Shown: positions 9,850-20,526 of the stretch, piece after piece
Layout of the letters: the number at the start of each line of letters is the position of its first letter
Numbering within the stretch: position 1 is the stretch's first letter
IMG/VR virus record: IMGVR_UViG_3300045988_159051
Direction: 5' to 3' (one strand)
Length of the DNA stretch: 64,000 bases
DNA from: a virus
Made by a program: the position numbers and the translations under genes
The notes under the pieces: model-generated
The model's database searches: none
Told to the model about the DNA's origin: nothing
What the model saw: the letters and a program-made list of their open reading frames with translations, nothing else

Positions 9850-10075
9850 TATAATATTCTACACTTGAAACTTTACTACCTACTATTACAACTGAATTAT
9901 ATTTATAGTAATCCCCAGCTACATAAGATTTAGCACATTTAAATGGGCTTATTGTTTCGACTCCATTTCTAGGTAGTATATCTTGCGTGAATTTAACTAT
10001 ATTGCGTTCATCAGAATAAATTAAAAAATAACTTCCATCTATCATGTTTACTTTCCATACACACTCCCTATACAT
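9827..10075 (-). CDS. hypothetical protein
   Basis: An 82-aa ORF overlapping the methyltransferase start. Confidence 0.3.
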   Translation of the reverse strand: MYRECVWKVNMIDGSYFLIYSDERNIVKFTQDILPRNGVETISPFKCAKSYVAGDYYKYNSVVIVGSKVSSVEYYIDEEDSK

Positions 10076-10090
10076 ATAATAGTCTCCTTT

Positions 10091-10291
10091 TTAATTATTT
10101 ATATATAAATCTATTTGTTGCATCCCAGTACCTTCTACTTTGTATAACACTAAATACTGTGATATGTTATTTAGCTGCATACATTCAAATTCAAATTTAG
10201 CTATATTATAATCTGAATAATCTAGGTCTAATTCTTTCCCACTTTTCTTAAGGCCTTGAATCTTATACATATTCTGTTCACTACCCTCCAA
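10091..10291 (-). CDS. hypothetical protein
   Basis: A 66-aa ORF. Confidence 0.25.
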   Translation of the reverse strand: MEGSEQNMYKIQGLKKSGKELDLDYSDYNIAKFEFECMQLNNISQYLVLYKVEGTGMQQIDLYINN

Positions 10292-10327
10292 TATTAAAGG
10301 TTTAGAAATTAATCTAAGCCTTATTGA

Positions 10328-10987
10328 TTATTTTTTATACCAGATATAAGTCGCATGTAATGAGTTAAGTAAGTATAAGCTGAACATTATGGCCATAGGC
10401 AATACATTTGATCCTGATATCCATAATGAAGTATATAATATTAAACTTGATATATTAGTACAGTTCCAATAGAACCACTGTGCAGAAAATCTAGTAGTGC
10501 ATAAAAACATTGCTATACAACTAAAAGTAGTATTAAATGCATCTAGATATGGATTGTAACTTTGTAACTTTGTTAATATAAGTGTCATTATTGAATAAAT
10601 ACCTATAGTAGCTGCGATTAATATTATTAGTTGTTTTTTGGTTAATTTTCTAGTTTCAACTTCGTCTCCATTTGAATTTTTAGACCATTGGAAATATCCA
10701 TAAGTTAAAAAACAAACATTATATGTATTTAGAATTACATCACCAAATACTCTATTTTGGAAAGCTAATATTGCATATAAAGCACATTGTATAGCTCCTA
10801 TAGTCATCGCATGTTTAGATTTATATTTAACTAATAATACATATGCAATTCCTAAACATGCTGTGGTTAATGCTATGAAACTACTGTCAGTTGTTAGTTG
10901 TATATATATTAAAGTTAATATTCCTAATATAGTTACTATTTTTTCTGCAAATGTTGTTTTGCTGATTATATTTTTAATCTCTGTCAT
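10328..10987 (-). CDS. pnuC: Nicotinamide riboside transporter PnuC
   Basis: It is a multi-pass membrane protein. TYGYFQWSKN aligns with E. coli PnuC NIYGWYAWSRQ. DAFNTTFSCIAMFLCTTRFSAQWFYW aligns with E. coli DAFPFWDSCMMVLSIVAMILMTRKYVENWLLW. Confidence 0.65.
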   Translation of the reverse strand: MTEIKNIISKTTFAEKIVTILGILTLIYIQLTTDSSFIALTTACLGIAYVLLVKYKSKHAMTIGAIQCALYAILAFQNRVFGDVILNTYNVCFLTYGYFQWSKNSNGDEVETRKLTKKQLIILIAATIGIYSIMTLILTKLQSYNPYLDAFNTTFSCIAMFLCTTRFSAQWFYWNCTNISSLILYTSLWISGSNVLPMAIMFSLYLLNSLHATYIWYKK

Positions 10988-11834
10988 AATCTATTCTCCC
11001 TTTATTTGAATATTTTCTTTTGTATTTGTCTTTTGCAACATATCTTCCTTCATCATTAAATCGTAAGTCTTCTTTATTATCGTTCAATGTTTTAAGTATA
11101 TGTTCATCTGTTATTTCACAAAACTTTCCGATTTCTTTATAGTGAAACCCTTTTATTTGTCTTTTGTTTTTCAGTACTGTTCTGAACACATCTCGGCTTA
11201 TCCCTTCCATTCGAGATAATGCTCTAATAGATGAAAATACTGTTATTAACTCACCATGTTCATTATACTTCCCAATTACCTTTGAGTTTTTATTTAACTT
11301 TTTATTTCCAAGTATAATTGACCACGCAACATTATGTTGAGCATCGCACCACTCTAAATTAGATATGTGATTGTTAAATGTATTGGCATCTATATGATTT
11401 ACAACATTATTATTTTCAGGATTATTATTCGGAATTAAATTTTCAGCAACAATCCTATGTACAGCTTTGTTAACACTTTTCCCTTTTAAATCATATAGTT
11501 TTACATATAAATATTCTAAGTTTTGCATCTTAACTTTTGTTTGAACAAGAAATTTATTTGTTATATGGCTATATACACTTCCATCTTCATAAACTGTGTA
11601 GTTTTCAAATCCCTTTATTTTAGAGTGTTTCATTTTTAATATGTTTTCTTCTGCTGGTTCTACTGTTATAGATGTATTCTTGGGATATCTACATGCTCTA
11701 CATGTTATAGCTGTTTTAGCTTTTATATTTTTCCAGCCTCTTTTAAAAGTTTTACCACATTTCATACATATCCAGTTATGCTTATAACTATCGCTACTAT
11801 AAATATCATCTACTAATTCAAGTTTACCATCCAA
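10974..11834 (-). CDS. HNH homing endonuclease (NUMOD4/HNH_3 type with N-terminal zinc finger)
   Basis: It has NLEWCDAQHNVAWS (HNH_3), GFENYTVYEDGSVYS (NUMOD4-like) and an N-terminal CxxC...CxxC finger. It is free-standing between pnuC and the NDT-like gene. Confidence 0.65.
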   Translation of the reverse strand: MDGKLELVDDIYSSDSYKHNWICMKCGKTFKRGWKNIKAKTAITCRACRYPKNTSITVEPAEENILKMKHSKIKGFENYTVYEDGSVYSHITNKFLVQTKVKMQNLEYLYVKLYDLKGKSVNKAVHRIVAENLIPNNNPENNNVVNHIDANTFNNHISNLEWCDAQHNVAWSIILGNKKLNKNSKVIGKYNEHGELITVFSSIRALSRMEGISRDVFRTVLKNKRQIKGFHYKEIGKFCEITDEHILKTLNDNKEDLRFNDEGRYVAKDKYKRKYSNKGRIDYDRD

Positions 11835-11867
11835 TATATAGTTGACATCTTCTCTACTTGAATTTTG

Positions 11868-12152
11868 TCATAATCTAATTGTATGTATGTCGTTCCCTTT
11901 TTGGTTCAATATATCTTGATAACAATGTATCCCCAAACAAAATTTACTTTCTTTACCTCGAATCAATTTCCATATTCTAGTATACTCTCTACCGCATTCG
12001 CATTTCCATTTGTGTTTAAAATCAGTTCCCAAATAGACTTCGTCCAATAATTGTATTCCAAATGGAGAAGTTAATTTATTAACCTCGCCATTTGCTAATC
12101 CTTTTATAAGTTTAACATTCTTTAAACTCATCAAGAATTTCCTCCCATTCAA
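11868..12152 (-). pseudogene. Truncated duplicate of the homing-endonuclease N-terminal zinc-finger domain
   Basis: FKHKWKCECGREYTRIWKLIRGK parallels YKHNWICMKCGKTFKRGWKNIK of the adjacent HNH gene, with no nuclease domain. It overlaps the NDT-like gene's 3' end. Confidence 0.3.
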
Positions 12153-12714
12153 ATAGTCCTTTCCCGTCTGTTGTTCTTAGGCAGCATCCATACATAAATG
12201 CATTTAACGAGAAACTTCTTCTATCTCCTATTTCTGGTAGATCGTGACGTCTTATATCCTCTATGTGAGGTAATATTTTTTTGTCTAACTTATTTGATAA
12301 TCGCTCTAATTCTTTTATTTTATTTTCATCACTTAAATCTCTATTTAATATTTCTTTCATTAATTTAGATGTTTCCTTCCAGGCTGTACAAAATCCAAGT
12401 TCAATATTTGTACCTATTGCAAATGATTCAGGATTTATTATTATTGTGTCTGCCTCTAACATTTCTCTTAGATCATTCTCAACTATTCTTTCAGCTAGGG
12501 TATTATTAGATTCTATTGTCTGTTTTTTCTTATTATTTATTTTTTCATTTTCGATTACAGAAACTACATTTACGCCTAATTCTCGAAGTTCTTTGGCTTC
12601 CTTTTGTCTTAATAATACAGAGCCTCTGTTTAAAAGATCTCCAGCCAAATATATTTTTTCTTTCTTCATTGTATCAATCTCCTTCTTATTACATTTTATA
12701 TAATATATATACAA
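12112..12714 (-). CDS. Nucleoside 2-deoxyribosyltransferase / DNPH1(Rcl)-family protein
   Basis: The N-terminus KIYLAGDLL fits the family KIYLAGPFF motif. AIGTNIELGFC fits D.GT.fE.G, which carries the catalytic Glu. Confidence 0.55.
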   Translation of the reverse strand: MYIYYIKCNKKEIDTMKKEKIYLAGDLLNRGSVLLRQKEAKELRELGVNVVSVIENEKINNKKKQTIESNNTLAERIVENDLREMLEADTIIINPESFAIGTNIELGFCTAWKETSKLMKEILNRDLSDENKIKELERLSNKLDKKILPHIEDIRRHDLPEIGDRRSFSLNAFMYGCCLRTTDGKGLFEWEEILDEFKEC

Positions 12715-13043
12715 AACATATCTTTTATATATATTACTTTCATATTAATGACAGCATATAATAAACTTCACATTAATATTCACTAATATTAATATATATA
12801 GTGTATATGTTTTGTATATGTTTTATCTTTTTTATGTAAAAGTGCTATTTTCTCCTAGGAAGTTTTACTTTTTATTATATTTTCGTAGATACTTTTCTAA
12901 TTCTTCCTTTGATACTTTATAAGACTTTACTTCTCCACTTAATAATATTTCCTTACCTATTGTATCAAGTATTCGTTCTTTTTTGCTTCTGCTTCTATTC
13001 CCTTGTACAAAACTCATATTTCTATCCTAATAAAATGAACATT

Positions 13044-13202
13044 TTATTTGTCTATTTCGATAGCAAATTCATTTAAAGTTCCGCTATGTCCACAATCTGT
13101 ACATATACATAAACTCATATCTATTTTTATATTGTCAGGATATACTTCTACTCCATATCCGCCACACTCTTTACATATAATTTCTATTGCTAATGTACTC
13201 AT
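13044..13202 (-). CDS. small zinc-ribbon protein
   Basis: A 52-aa ORF MSTLAIEIICKECGGYGV...CICTDCGHSG with two CxxC pairs. It is not in the ORF track. Confidence 0.3.
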   Translation of the reverse strand: MSTLAIEIICKECGGYGVEVYPDNIKIDMSLCICTDCGHSGTLNEFAIEIDK

Positions 13203-13256
13203 ATCTTACCTTATCTAATTTTTATAATGTGTTAAGTCTAATCAAAGACTCAACAC

Positions 13257-13802
13257 TTACATTTGTTTTAATAGACTTTCTTCTATTTTTATGTACATAT
13301 TCTTCATAGCTCTAGCTCTTGCTAATCTCATGCCTTTCATATAGTCAAATGTATCTTCATGGTGCTGTATAGCTATCCCTTGAAACTTACCTATATCATT
13401 AGTTATGGTACATATTATCTTATTACCTTCTCTAACATGTTTTATAGTTTCCTCTCCTTTAAAGTTTCTAGAAGAAGTTTTATATTCTTTTCTATTAGTT
13501 CCAACTAGTATTTTTTCAGATATATTTATAGTTCTTATCTTCTTTTCTATTAAGTGATTTTCAGCTTTCTTTCTTCTATGTTCTTCTTCTTTTATTTTTT
13601 TAACAAGATTATCTGCTATTTTCCTATACATCTCTAAATCTTCTTTCATTTGTTCTAAAGAAGGAGCTTTCTCTAAAGTTTCTTTTATTTCTTTAGCTTG
13701 TTTTTCTTTTGGATTGCCTTTGAATATTTCATTGGCTATCTCAAATAATACATCTGTGTTTAAATCTTCTTTATTTATTGATTCTATTTTTACTTCTATC
13801 AT
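13257..13802 (-). CDS. hypothetical protein
   Basis: A 181-aa ORF downstream of a consensus promoter at 13835-13863. Confidence 0.35.
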   Translation of the reverse strand: MIEVKIESINKEDLNTDVLFEIANEIFKGNPKEKQAKEIKETLEKAPSLEQMKEDLEMYRKIADNLVKKIKEEEHRRKKAENHLIEKKIRTINISEKILVGTNRKEYKTSSRNFKGEETIKHVREGNKIICTITNDIGKFQGIAIQHHEDTFDYMKGMRLARARAMKNMYIKIEESLLKQM

Positions 13803-13834
13803 CCTTAATCTCCCTTTCTTATTATCTTAATTAT

Positions 13835-13863
13835 ATTGTACTTTAATTTTTATAATATGTCAA
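13835..13863 (-). promoter_or_regulatory. Sigma-A-type promoter of the conserved family (TTGACA-N17-TACAAT)
   Basis: On the minus strand, TTGACA is at 13863-13858, the spacer TATTATAAAAATTAAAG is 17 nt, and TACAAT is at 13840-13835. Confidence 0.5.
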
Positions 13864-13885
13864 TAATTTACGAATATTTTATTTA

Positions 13886-16800
13886 TTATTTGCATATAAT
13901 ATAGTCCTCTAACCAATATTCTTTCTCGTCTGTTTCAATCCACTTATCAGCGATTTTTTTCTTTTTAAATTTAGCGTTGGTTTTTACTATAGTTATCATA
14001 TCAAATAATTCTAATTTATATTCCCTCCATAATCTAGCCCCTATTTTTACTTCTGCTGTTTTACCTGAGTATAGATTATATAGTTTTATTTTAGGTGTCT
14101 TATATTTAGTATTTATATCTATTATAATAGCCTTATTTTTAGCTTGACTACTATCTATTAAGTTGCAATTACCTGTGTTTTCTATCCAAGATTTAATTCT
14201 TTCTTGTATAGGTATATCTATATTTTTTATTGTGTTCTCTATATATTTACATAATCCAACTGAATCTACTTCTTTAAATGTTTTTTCAGTTTCAGTTTTA
14301 GCAAATTCCCTCATAATATTTATGTCGCAAGGCAAGTTATCTTTTTTAAATTGCTTTTTGTTATATATAGTGTTACATATTTCTACTATATCTTTAAGTT
14401 TTTTAGATTTACCAAATTCAGAGAAATAATCAAGTTCTATTAATATGTTCAATTGTCTAACATTTATTATACCTTTTATGTCTTCTAGTAGTTCTATAAA
14501 AGAAGTATATGTCTTATATCTTAGAGAATATAAGTGTTCTCCAACTTCCTTATTTAAGTATTTTATAGATCCTATTCCTTTAAATATAGAATTAGTCTCT
14601 TTATCCATAAAATACTCTCCTCTAGAATATCTAAATTTAGGATTGTTTAATTTTATATTATTTTTCTTCATATATTCAAGTATGTTTGCTGTTTTTTCTA
14701 TGTTTCCATCATTTATATTTAGCATTACACTTAAAAATTCCAATGGATAATAGTATCTAAGATAGCCGCATACATATCCTATATATGAATAAGCTTGTGA
14801 ATGATTTAGTGAAAAGAGATAATCACTAGCATCTTCTATTACCTGTATAAAGCTCTCTACTAGCTTTTCAGATTCTACTTCACACATGGAATATTTCTCT
14901 TTCATAGTTTTTATAAATCCACTTTTTATTCTAGGTATATGCTCATCTGTTCCCGTCTTTTTGGCGAACCCTCTACGCACCATGTCTGCCTGTCCCATTG
15001 TGTATCCACAGAATAAATGTAAGAAGTCTAATATTTGCTCTTGATATACTAAAAAACCTTGAGTGGAAGATAATAATTCATTTAATGCTTCATGTCCATT
15101 GTCTCTAAATATTCCATTTGATAATTCATCTCTATAAGATGCACCTGCTGGTCTTATAGCACCATTACCCACAGAAAACAAGTCTATGTATTTGAAGTTT
15201 TTATTATTTTTCTTTACTTTGCTTATTGTGTCGTTAGAAAACAGCTCTTTTAAGTAACTACTTGCATGGTCTGATTCCCATTGAAATATCCCAAGTGTAT
15301 TGTCTCTTATAGACATCCACACCTTTTCATCATTATCATCTATATTATCAGGAGTTAATATATCTATATTTGCAAGTTTACAAGTTTCATTTATTAGCCT
15401 AACATTGTCTAGTCCAAGTATATCTAATTTTACATAATTTTGAGCATCTACTTCCTTCATGTTTAACATAGTTACAGGGTAATCATTAGTTGTCAATGTT
15501 ATCAATCCCATATGTTTATCTAATGGAATAGGTGATACTAATGTTCCACATGGATGAGTTCCTATTGATACTATTGTTCCATTTATTATATCAACATATT
15601 CAAATAATTCAGGGTATAAATCTCTATAATATTTCTCGTTGTTATCTATGTTCTTGCATATATCATCTATAGTTTCCAAAGGTATTTCTAATGCTCTACC
15701 TACGTCTCTTATACTACCTTTTAATGCTACTGTATTAAATGTTATTATATCGGCACAATATAAACCCTTTTTATTATATATATAGTCTTTTACTATTTTT
15801 CTTTGTGTTGGGTCATAATCTGTATCTACATCGGCTAAACTAACTCTCTCCTTGCTCATAAAGCGTTCAAAGTTTAATTTATGTTTTATAGAGTCCATTT
15901 CTGTTATCCCTAATATATATGCTATTATACTTCCAGATACAGAACCTCTTGAATAACCAGGGAATACATTGTTGTTTTTAGCCATAGTTTTTATATCTTC
16001 TTCAAGCAGCAAGAAATCTATAGCACCATTATGGTTATATGTTTCTAATTCATAGTTTATTCTTGGTTTATACTCAGTTGCAAAGTTGTCATATTTATCT
16101 AAATTTCTTTTCTTTATCCCATTTACTATTTTCTTCTTTATTTCATTTAATGGGTTATCACTCATTTTAGGATATTTATAACTTTTATCTATTTCAAATT
16201 CTTCTATCATGTCAGATAATACATTTGTATTATTTATAGCTTTCAATACCACATCTATATCTAGTGAGTTCTGTTTTTTATAACATTCTACTAACTCATC
16301 ATAGGTCTTAAATGTTAAATCCCAACCTTCTTCATCTGAAAAATGTATATTTTTTGCTTTCTGTAATATTTTTCTTCCTTTCACATGCTTTTCATCTAAT
16401 GCATGTGTATCCGTTCCAGTAATCAATCTTACCCCTATCTTTTTACTTAGCTCATATATTTCTTTGTTATACCAATATTGATCCATAACATTATGATGTT
16501 GTATCTCTAAAAAACATCTATTTTTATTTTCTGATAAAAACTGTATATATCGCTTTAAAAGATTTTTATTATTTCTTGATTTATTTATTATTCCACCTAA
16601 ACATGCTGTTGTGATTATTATATTTTCTGATGTACTAATAAGTTCATCAAATGTAATTCTTGGTGAGTAATAAAAATGATTATCTGTTCTTGTATACGAT
16701 TTAGATATAAGTTCATTAAGCTCTAAGAACCCATTATAATTTTTAGCATATAAGCAACAATGATAATTATCTCTTACTTTCTCATCTATACTTTCTGTTA

Positions 16801-17020
16801 TATACATTTCTATACCATGTATATACTTTAGACCTTGCTTTTCACATTCTATCTTTTTATTATACCAACTAAAAGTATTACCATGCTCTGTAAATGCTAT
16901 TGCTTTCATATTGCATTTTTTAGCAGCATCTATGTAATGCTTATACTTAGTTACACTATCTATATTTGTTGTTCCATTTGATAAGTCTGTGTGTAGATGT
17001 ATTACAGTATAATTATTCAT
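13886..17020 (-). CDS. DNA polymerase III alpha subunit (DnaE-like replicase with N-terminal PHP domain)
   Basis: The ORF is 1044 aa. The PHP motif is VIHLHTDLSNGTTNID...AIAFTEHGN. GYSRGSVSGSIIAYILGIT is the polymerase core signature. Confidence 0.75.
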   Translation of the reverse strand: MNNYTVIHLHTDLSNGTTNIDSVTKYKHYIDAAKKCNMKAIAFTEHGNTFSWYNKKIECEKQGLKYIHGIEMYITESIDEKVRDNYHCCLYAKNYNGFLELNELISKSYTRTDNHFYYSPRITFDELISTSENIIITTACLGGIINKSRNNKNLLKRYIQFLSENKNRCFLEIQHHNVMDQYWYNKEIYELSKKIGVRLITGTDTHALDEKHVKGRKILQKAKNIHFSDEEGWDLTFKTYDELVECYKKQNSLDIDVVLKAINNTNVLSDMIEEFEIDKSYKYPKMSDNPLNEIKKKIVNGIKKRNLDKYDNFATEYKPRINYELETYNHNGAIDFLLLEEDIKTMAKNNNVFPGYSRGSVSGSIIAYILGITEMDSIKHKLNFERFMSKERVSLADVDTDYDPTQRKIVKDYIYNKKGLYCADIITFNTVALKGSIRDVGRALEIPLETIDDICKNIDNNEKYYRDLYPELFEYVDIINGTIVSIGTHPCGTLVSPIPLDKHMGLITLTTNDYPVTMLNMKEVDAQNYVKLDILGLDNVRLINETCKLANIDILTPDNIDDNDEKVWMSIRDNTLGIFQWESDHASSYLKELFSNDTISKVKKNNKNFKYIDLFSVGNGAIRPAGASYRDELSNGIFRDNGHEALNELLSSTQGFLVYQEQILDFLHLFCGYTMGQADMVRRGFAKKTGTDEHIPRIKSGFIKTMKEKYSMCEVESEKLVESFIQVIEDASDYLFSLNHSQAYSYIGYVCGYLRYYYPLEFLSVMLNINDGNIEKTANILEYMKKNNIKLNNPKFRYSRGEYFMDKETNSIFKGIGSIKYLNKEVGEHLYSLRYKTYTSFIELLEDIKGIINVRQLNILIELDYFSEFGKSKKLKDIVEICNTIYNKKQFKKDNLPCDINIMREFAKTETEKTFKEVDSVGLCKYIENTIKNIDIPIQERIKSWIENTGNCNLIDSSQAKNKAIIIDINTKYKTPKIKLYNLYSGKTAEVKIGARLWREYKLELFDMITIVKTNAKFKKKKIADKWIETDEKEYWLEDYIICK

Positions 17021-17054
17021 GTTTCCCTCCTAAATAAAAAATTGTACTAACTTA

Positions 17055-17083
17055 ATTGTAGTACAATTTGTATAGTATGTCAA
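17055..17083 (-). promoter_or_regulatory. Sigma-A-type promoter of the conserved family, upstream of the polymerase gene
   Basis: On the minus strand, TTGACA is at 17083-17078, the spacer TACTATACAAATTGTAC is 17 nt, and TACAAT is at 17060-17055. Confidence 0.5.
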
Positions 17084-17087
17084 ATAT

Positions 17088-17933
17088 TTATTTATTTAAA
17101 CACCTGTCTCTAAATCTACATAAAGTTTTGCAAAAGAAATCTTTATTTGGATTTAATCCTTTTTTATATGATTCTATATCATCATCTAAACTTTCTATCT
17201 CATTTACTGTATCACAAACATATCTGGTTACCTCCTCTACAACTTCATCTGTAAAATCCGCTGTTATATAAGCTGGTCTAAATTCAGTTGTAAAATCAAG
17301 TATATCTATCGTGCTTCTATCTTTTAAAGTATATCCTAACTTACTTCTTTTAGAAGGAATTTTATAATATTTTAACATATCAAAATTCATAGATCTTATT
17401 TCTTTATCAGGATACTTTTGTTTTATTGCTATACCGTATAATATCATTTGTCTCATTTTTTTATAAGCATCTTTCCCTGTAAATGAGCTTGATGATGATG
17501 TTTTATAATCGTATATATCTATAACACCATCAGTTATAGTGTATAAGTCTATATATCCTTTCATCCATTTATCTCCTACTGGTATTTCAAAATATTCCTC
17601 TATAAAATACTCATCACATTCAATAGGTTTATAATGTTGTAGATAATGTTTAATAGCAGCTATATATTTATCTCTAACACTTTCAGACATCCATTCATAA
17701 CCTAATATATCCGCTTCTGTAACTGCATTTTCAAACCTATCAAGTGCCTCCTCTTTGTCTATATTCCCTTTTTGTAATTCTTCTAGAGTTTCATGACAAA
17801 TACTTCCTAGATAACTATAGATGTTTTGATCGCTCCTATTACCTTCTATATAGGTATAAAAATATGATTTTTGGCAGTTACGATAATTTTCCAATCTACT
17901 ATAACTATACATCTTCTTATCTTTATTCTCCAT
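17088..17933 (-). CDS. PD-(D/E)xK nuclease, Cas4/RecB-exonuclease-like
   Basis: The core motif is DIYDYKT. The C-terminal Cys cluster CKTLCRFRDRC is typical of Cas4-like Fe-S nucleases. Confidence 0.5.
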   Translation of the reverse strand: MENKDKKMYSYSRLENYRNCQKSYFYTYIEGNRSDQNIYSYLGSICHETLEELQKGNIDKEEALDRFENAVTEADILGYEWMSESVRDKYIAAIKHYLQHYKPIECDEYFIEEYFEIPVGDKWMKGYIDLYTITDGVIDIYDYKTSSSSSFTGKDAYKKMRQMILYGIAIKQKYPDKEIRSMNFDMLKYYKIPSKRSKLGYTLKDRSTIDILDFTTEFRPAYITADFTDEVVEEVTRYVCDTVNEIESLDDDIESYKKGLNPNKDFFCKTLCRFRDRCLNK

Positions 17934-17949
17934 CTCAATTCTCCTTTTG

Positions 17950-18951
17950 TTATTTATAATATATACATTCTTGTATTAATTTTTCAAACACTTCTTTTCC
18001 CATATCAGTAGGACTACATTTACTACCCTTTTCTATGTATTTGTTATTAATATCGTGTATAATGCCTATTTTACATTCTCTTAATACTAAATAACTTTTT
18101 ATATTATTTATTCTCTGTTGTATTATTTTATTATCTAAACCTTCATCAAATCCTAAGATTATCTCTTTTGGATTTAATTTTAATATATTTTTTATTTGAT
18201 AATCTGATAAAGCATTGCCTCCTAATGCTAGACATGAATAATATCCTATTGTATGAGCTTGTAATACACTCTTTTCACTTTCAAATATATATATCTTATC
18301 TGCATTTAATAAATTTATATAATTCTCACTATATCCATATAAAGCCATTGATTTAGGGAAAGTTATTAAAGGTAAATATTTAAATCCTTCCACTAAATCA
18401 GTATTATCTCTACCCATTACTCCGATAATCTCTCCGTTAGTATTTCTCCAGGGTATCGTTATTCTATTTGTAGTATTACAATATCCTATATTAAATTTTA
18501 TTTGAGTTTGAATTGATATATTATCTTTTAAAAACCTTTCATTCCATATATTTTCATACTTTTCTAATGTTTCTTCTGGATAAACTTCAACATCCATATC
18601 TACTGATTTTTGGTTTTTTATTCTACCAAACAATGTAGAAAATGCTGATTTTGTTTTTTTCTTATATGATAATGATAGTCCTAATAGTGATTTTATTTCT
18701 TGAATTACATCTTTAAATTCTAACCCTTTGTGAGACATTATCAATGTGAATATATCTCCACTTATATTTCTTGCAAAGTCTTGACTGGTTAGATTATCAT
18801 TTAGCTTTATCCTAATAGCTGTTGGATTAGAATCATCCCCTCTTGCACATCTTATTTCTTTATTAGTTTTGTGTATATTTTCATATCCATAATGTTCAAG
18901 TATTTTTTCTAAATTATCTTCATCTAGTAGTATCTCTTTTATATCCCTCAT
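17950..18951 (-). CDS. DNA primase (Toprim domain, DnaG-like)
   Basis: It has a Toprim-like IYIFESEKSVLQ...LGGNALSD and sits next to the DnaB helicase. Confidence 0.5.
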   Translation of the reverse strand: MRDIKEILLDEDNLEKILEHYGYENIHKTNKEIRCARGDDSNPTAIRIKLNDNLTSQDFARNISGDIFTLIMSHKGLEFKDVIQEIKSLLGLSLSYKKKTKSAFSTLFGRIKNQKSVDMDVEVYPEETLEKYENIWNERFLKDNISIQTQIKFNIGYCNTTNRITIPWRNTNGEIIGVMGRDNTDLVEGFKYLPLITFPKSMALYGYSENYINLLNADKIYIFESEKSVLQAHTIGYYSCLALGGNALSDYQIKNILKLNPKEIILGFDEGLDNKIIQQRINNIKSYLVLRECKIGIIHDINNKYIEKGSKCSPTDMGKEVFEKLIQECIYYK

Positions 18952-18975
18952 ATTTATACTACTCCTTCATATATT

Positions 18976-20517
18976 CTATTGTATTTTCCCTCTTCTTGGT
19001 CTACATAAGCAATATTCTGATACTACCCCATGTGATCCATCAAACTTTAAAACAACAGCATAATTATTACTTTCGCTATTTTCTCCGCTTCTAACTTTAT
19101 CTAAAAATAAAACTTTATATGTATGTTCTTTTTTAAGTTCAACTTTTTTTTCAATCCATTTATCCCCTATTTTTTCAAGCCTGTAAGGTCTACAATAGTA
19201 TTTTTTGTTATTTTCATCCATTTCTTCTGGATACATATTTCTAACTAAATATAAATTTTCTAAAATTTCCTTTACTGCTTTTGAGTTACTTAATATACTT
19301 GCATCTAAAAATAGTTGACCTTGAGTAGCTATAGCACACTGCATTGTAGCTATCATCTTCATTGAATATTTCATAGCTAATTCATGTAATTCTCTAGAAT
19401 CTTTAATTAAACTTATCCAATGATTATCTCCCATACCTTCATTTATATCTAGTTTAAATGTATCGTATAAACCAGTAGTACATCCATATCTTAAATTATA
19501 CTCTCTAAATTTCTTTTTAATTAAAGACATAGATGTGTTTGGAATACTTACAAAATATATCTTCCCTAAATACTCTTCCTTCCAAACTTGTTGTGCCTTT
19601 TTAAGCATAATCTTATCTTCCTCAGTAACTATTCCAGCTCTTAATTTCTTTTTAGTTAAATTATAATATCTTAGTTTTCTAGTTAATATAAACATTAAAA
19701 AGTTTAATGTAAAAACTCCCGACCTTTGCTCGTTAGATATTATACACACCTTTTCTCCTCTATGAACCAATGCCATTATCATAGATATCATTATCGTAGA
19801 TTTACCTACAGAAGAATATCCTGCTAAAATCGAAAATGAGCCTTCCATAAATCCTTGAGTTTGACTTGATATAGTAGGGAATCCATAGATCTCATTTCCT
19901 TCGATATCTACACCACATTTATCAAAAGGAACGCCCATTTCATCTCCATTATAATAACTTTCAAGTAAATCATCAGTAATATCTATTACACATTCTTCTA
20001 TTCCTTTATTTACTTCTAATACATTTATATTATTAACTATATATTCATAAAATTCTTTTACCTGTTCTGAATTAAATTGTTTAAATAATTTAATAGGAAT
20101 AACTTTCTTACCATTAAATTCTACTTCTTTAAGCAAGTTAAACCCATTATCAGCTAATTCTATTATTGCATTATGCTTATACAAGTTGTCTAAATATGAT
20201 GTAAAATTTGCTATTTCTATTCTATCTTTCATATCTTGAACAAGCCTCATTCCACCTAGCTCTTCAAATTTATCATATACTTTTTCATTGATTGACATAA
20301 CATCAAATTCAGTTATTTCGTTAGTTTTTCTATCACTTAATATCTTTAATAGTTTAAATAAAAACAAACCGTCATTCGTCATGAAGTCATTTTCTGTAAT
20401 TTTATAATCATCTAAAAGTAATAAGTCTTTCATTATACATCCTATAACAGCAGCCTCAGCTTCAACTCTTCCTTCTAGAAGTTCTTTATCATACTTCTCT
20501 GCTTTTGAAATAAACAT
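18976..20517 (-). CDS. Replicative DNA helicase DnaB-like
   Basis: It has a DnaB N-terminal domain and a Walker A GYSSVGKST in a RecA-like C-terminal domain. Confidence 0.7.
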   Translation of the reverse strand: MFISKAEKYDKELLEGRVEAEAAVIGCIMKDLLLLDDYKITENDFMTNDGLFLFKLLKILSDRKTNEITEFDVMSINEKVYDKFEELGGMRLVQDMKDRIEIANFTSYLDNLYKHNAIIELADNGFNLLKEVEFNGKKVIPIKLFKQFNSEQVKEFYEYIVNNINVLEVNKGIEECVIDITDDLLESYYNGDEMGVPFDKCGVDIEGNEIYGFPTISSQTQGFMEGSFSILAGYSSVGKSTIMISMIMALVHRGEKVCIISNEQRSGVFTLNFLMFILTRKLRYYNLTKKKLRAGIVTEEDKIMLKKAQQVWKEEYLGKIYFVSIPNTSMSLIKKKFREYNLRYGCTTGLYDTFKLDINEGMGDNHWISLIKDSRELHELAMKYSMKMIATMQCAIATQGQLFLDASILSNSKAVKEILENLYLVRNMYPEEMDENNKKYYCRPYRLEKIGDKWIEKKVELKKEHTYKVLFLDKVRSGENSESNNYAVVLKFDGSHGVVSEYCLCRPRRGKIQ

Positions 20518-20526
20518 TTTACCCTC

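Noticed and set aside
12281-12761. Two plus-strand ORFs (140 and 81 aa) antisense to the NDT-like gene
   Set aside because: They lie entirely within a motif-supported minus-strand gene and have hydrophobic, low-complexity translations.
14163-14750. Plus-strand ORFs antisense to the DNA polymerase gene
   Set aside because: They are spurious antisense frames within a 1044-aa conserved replicase.
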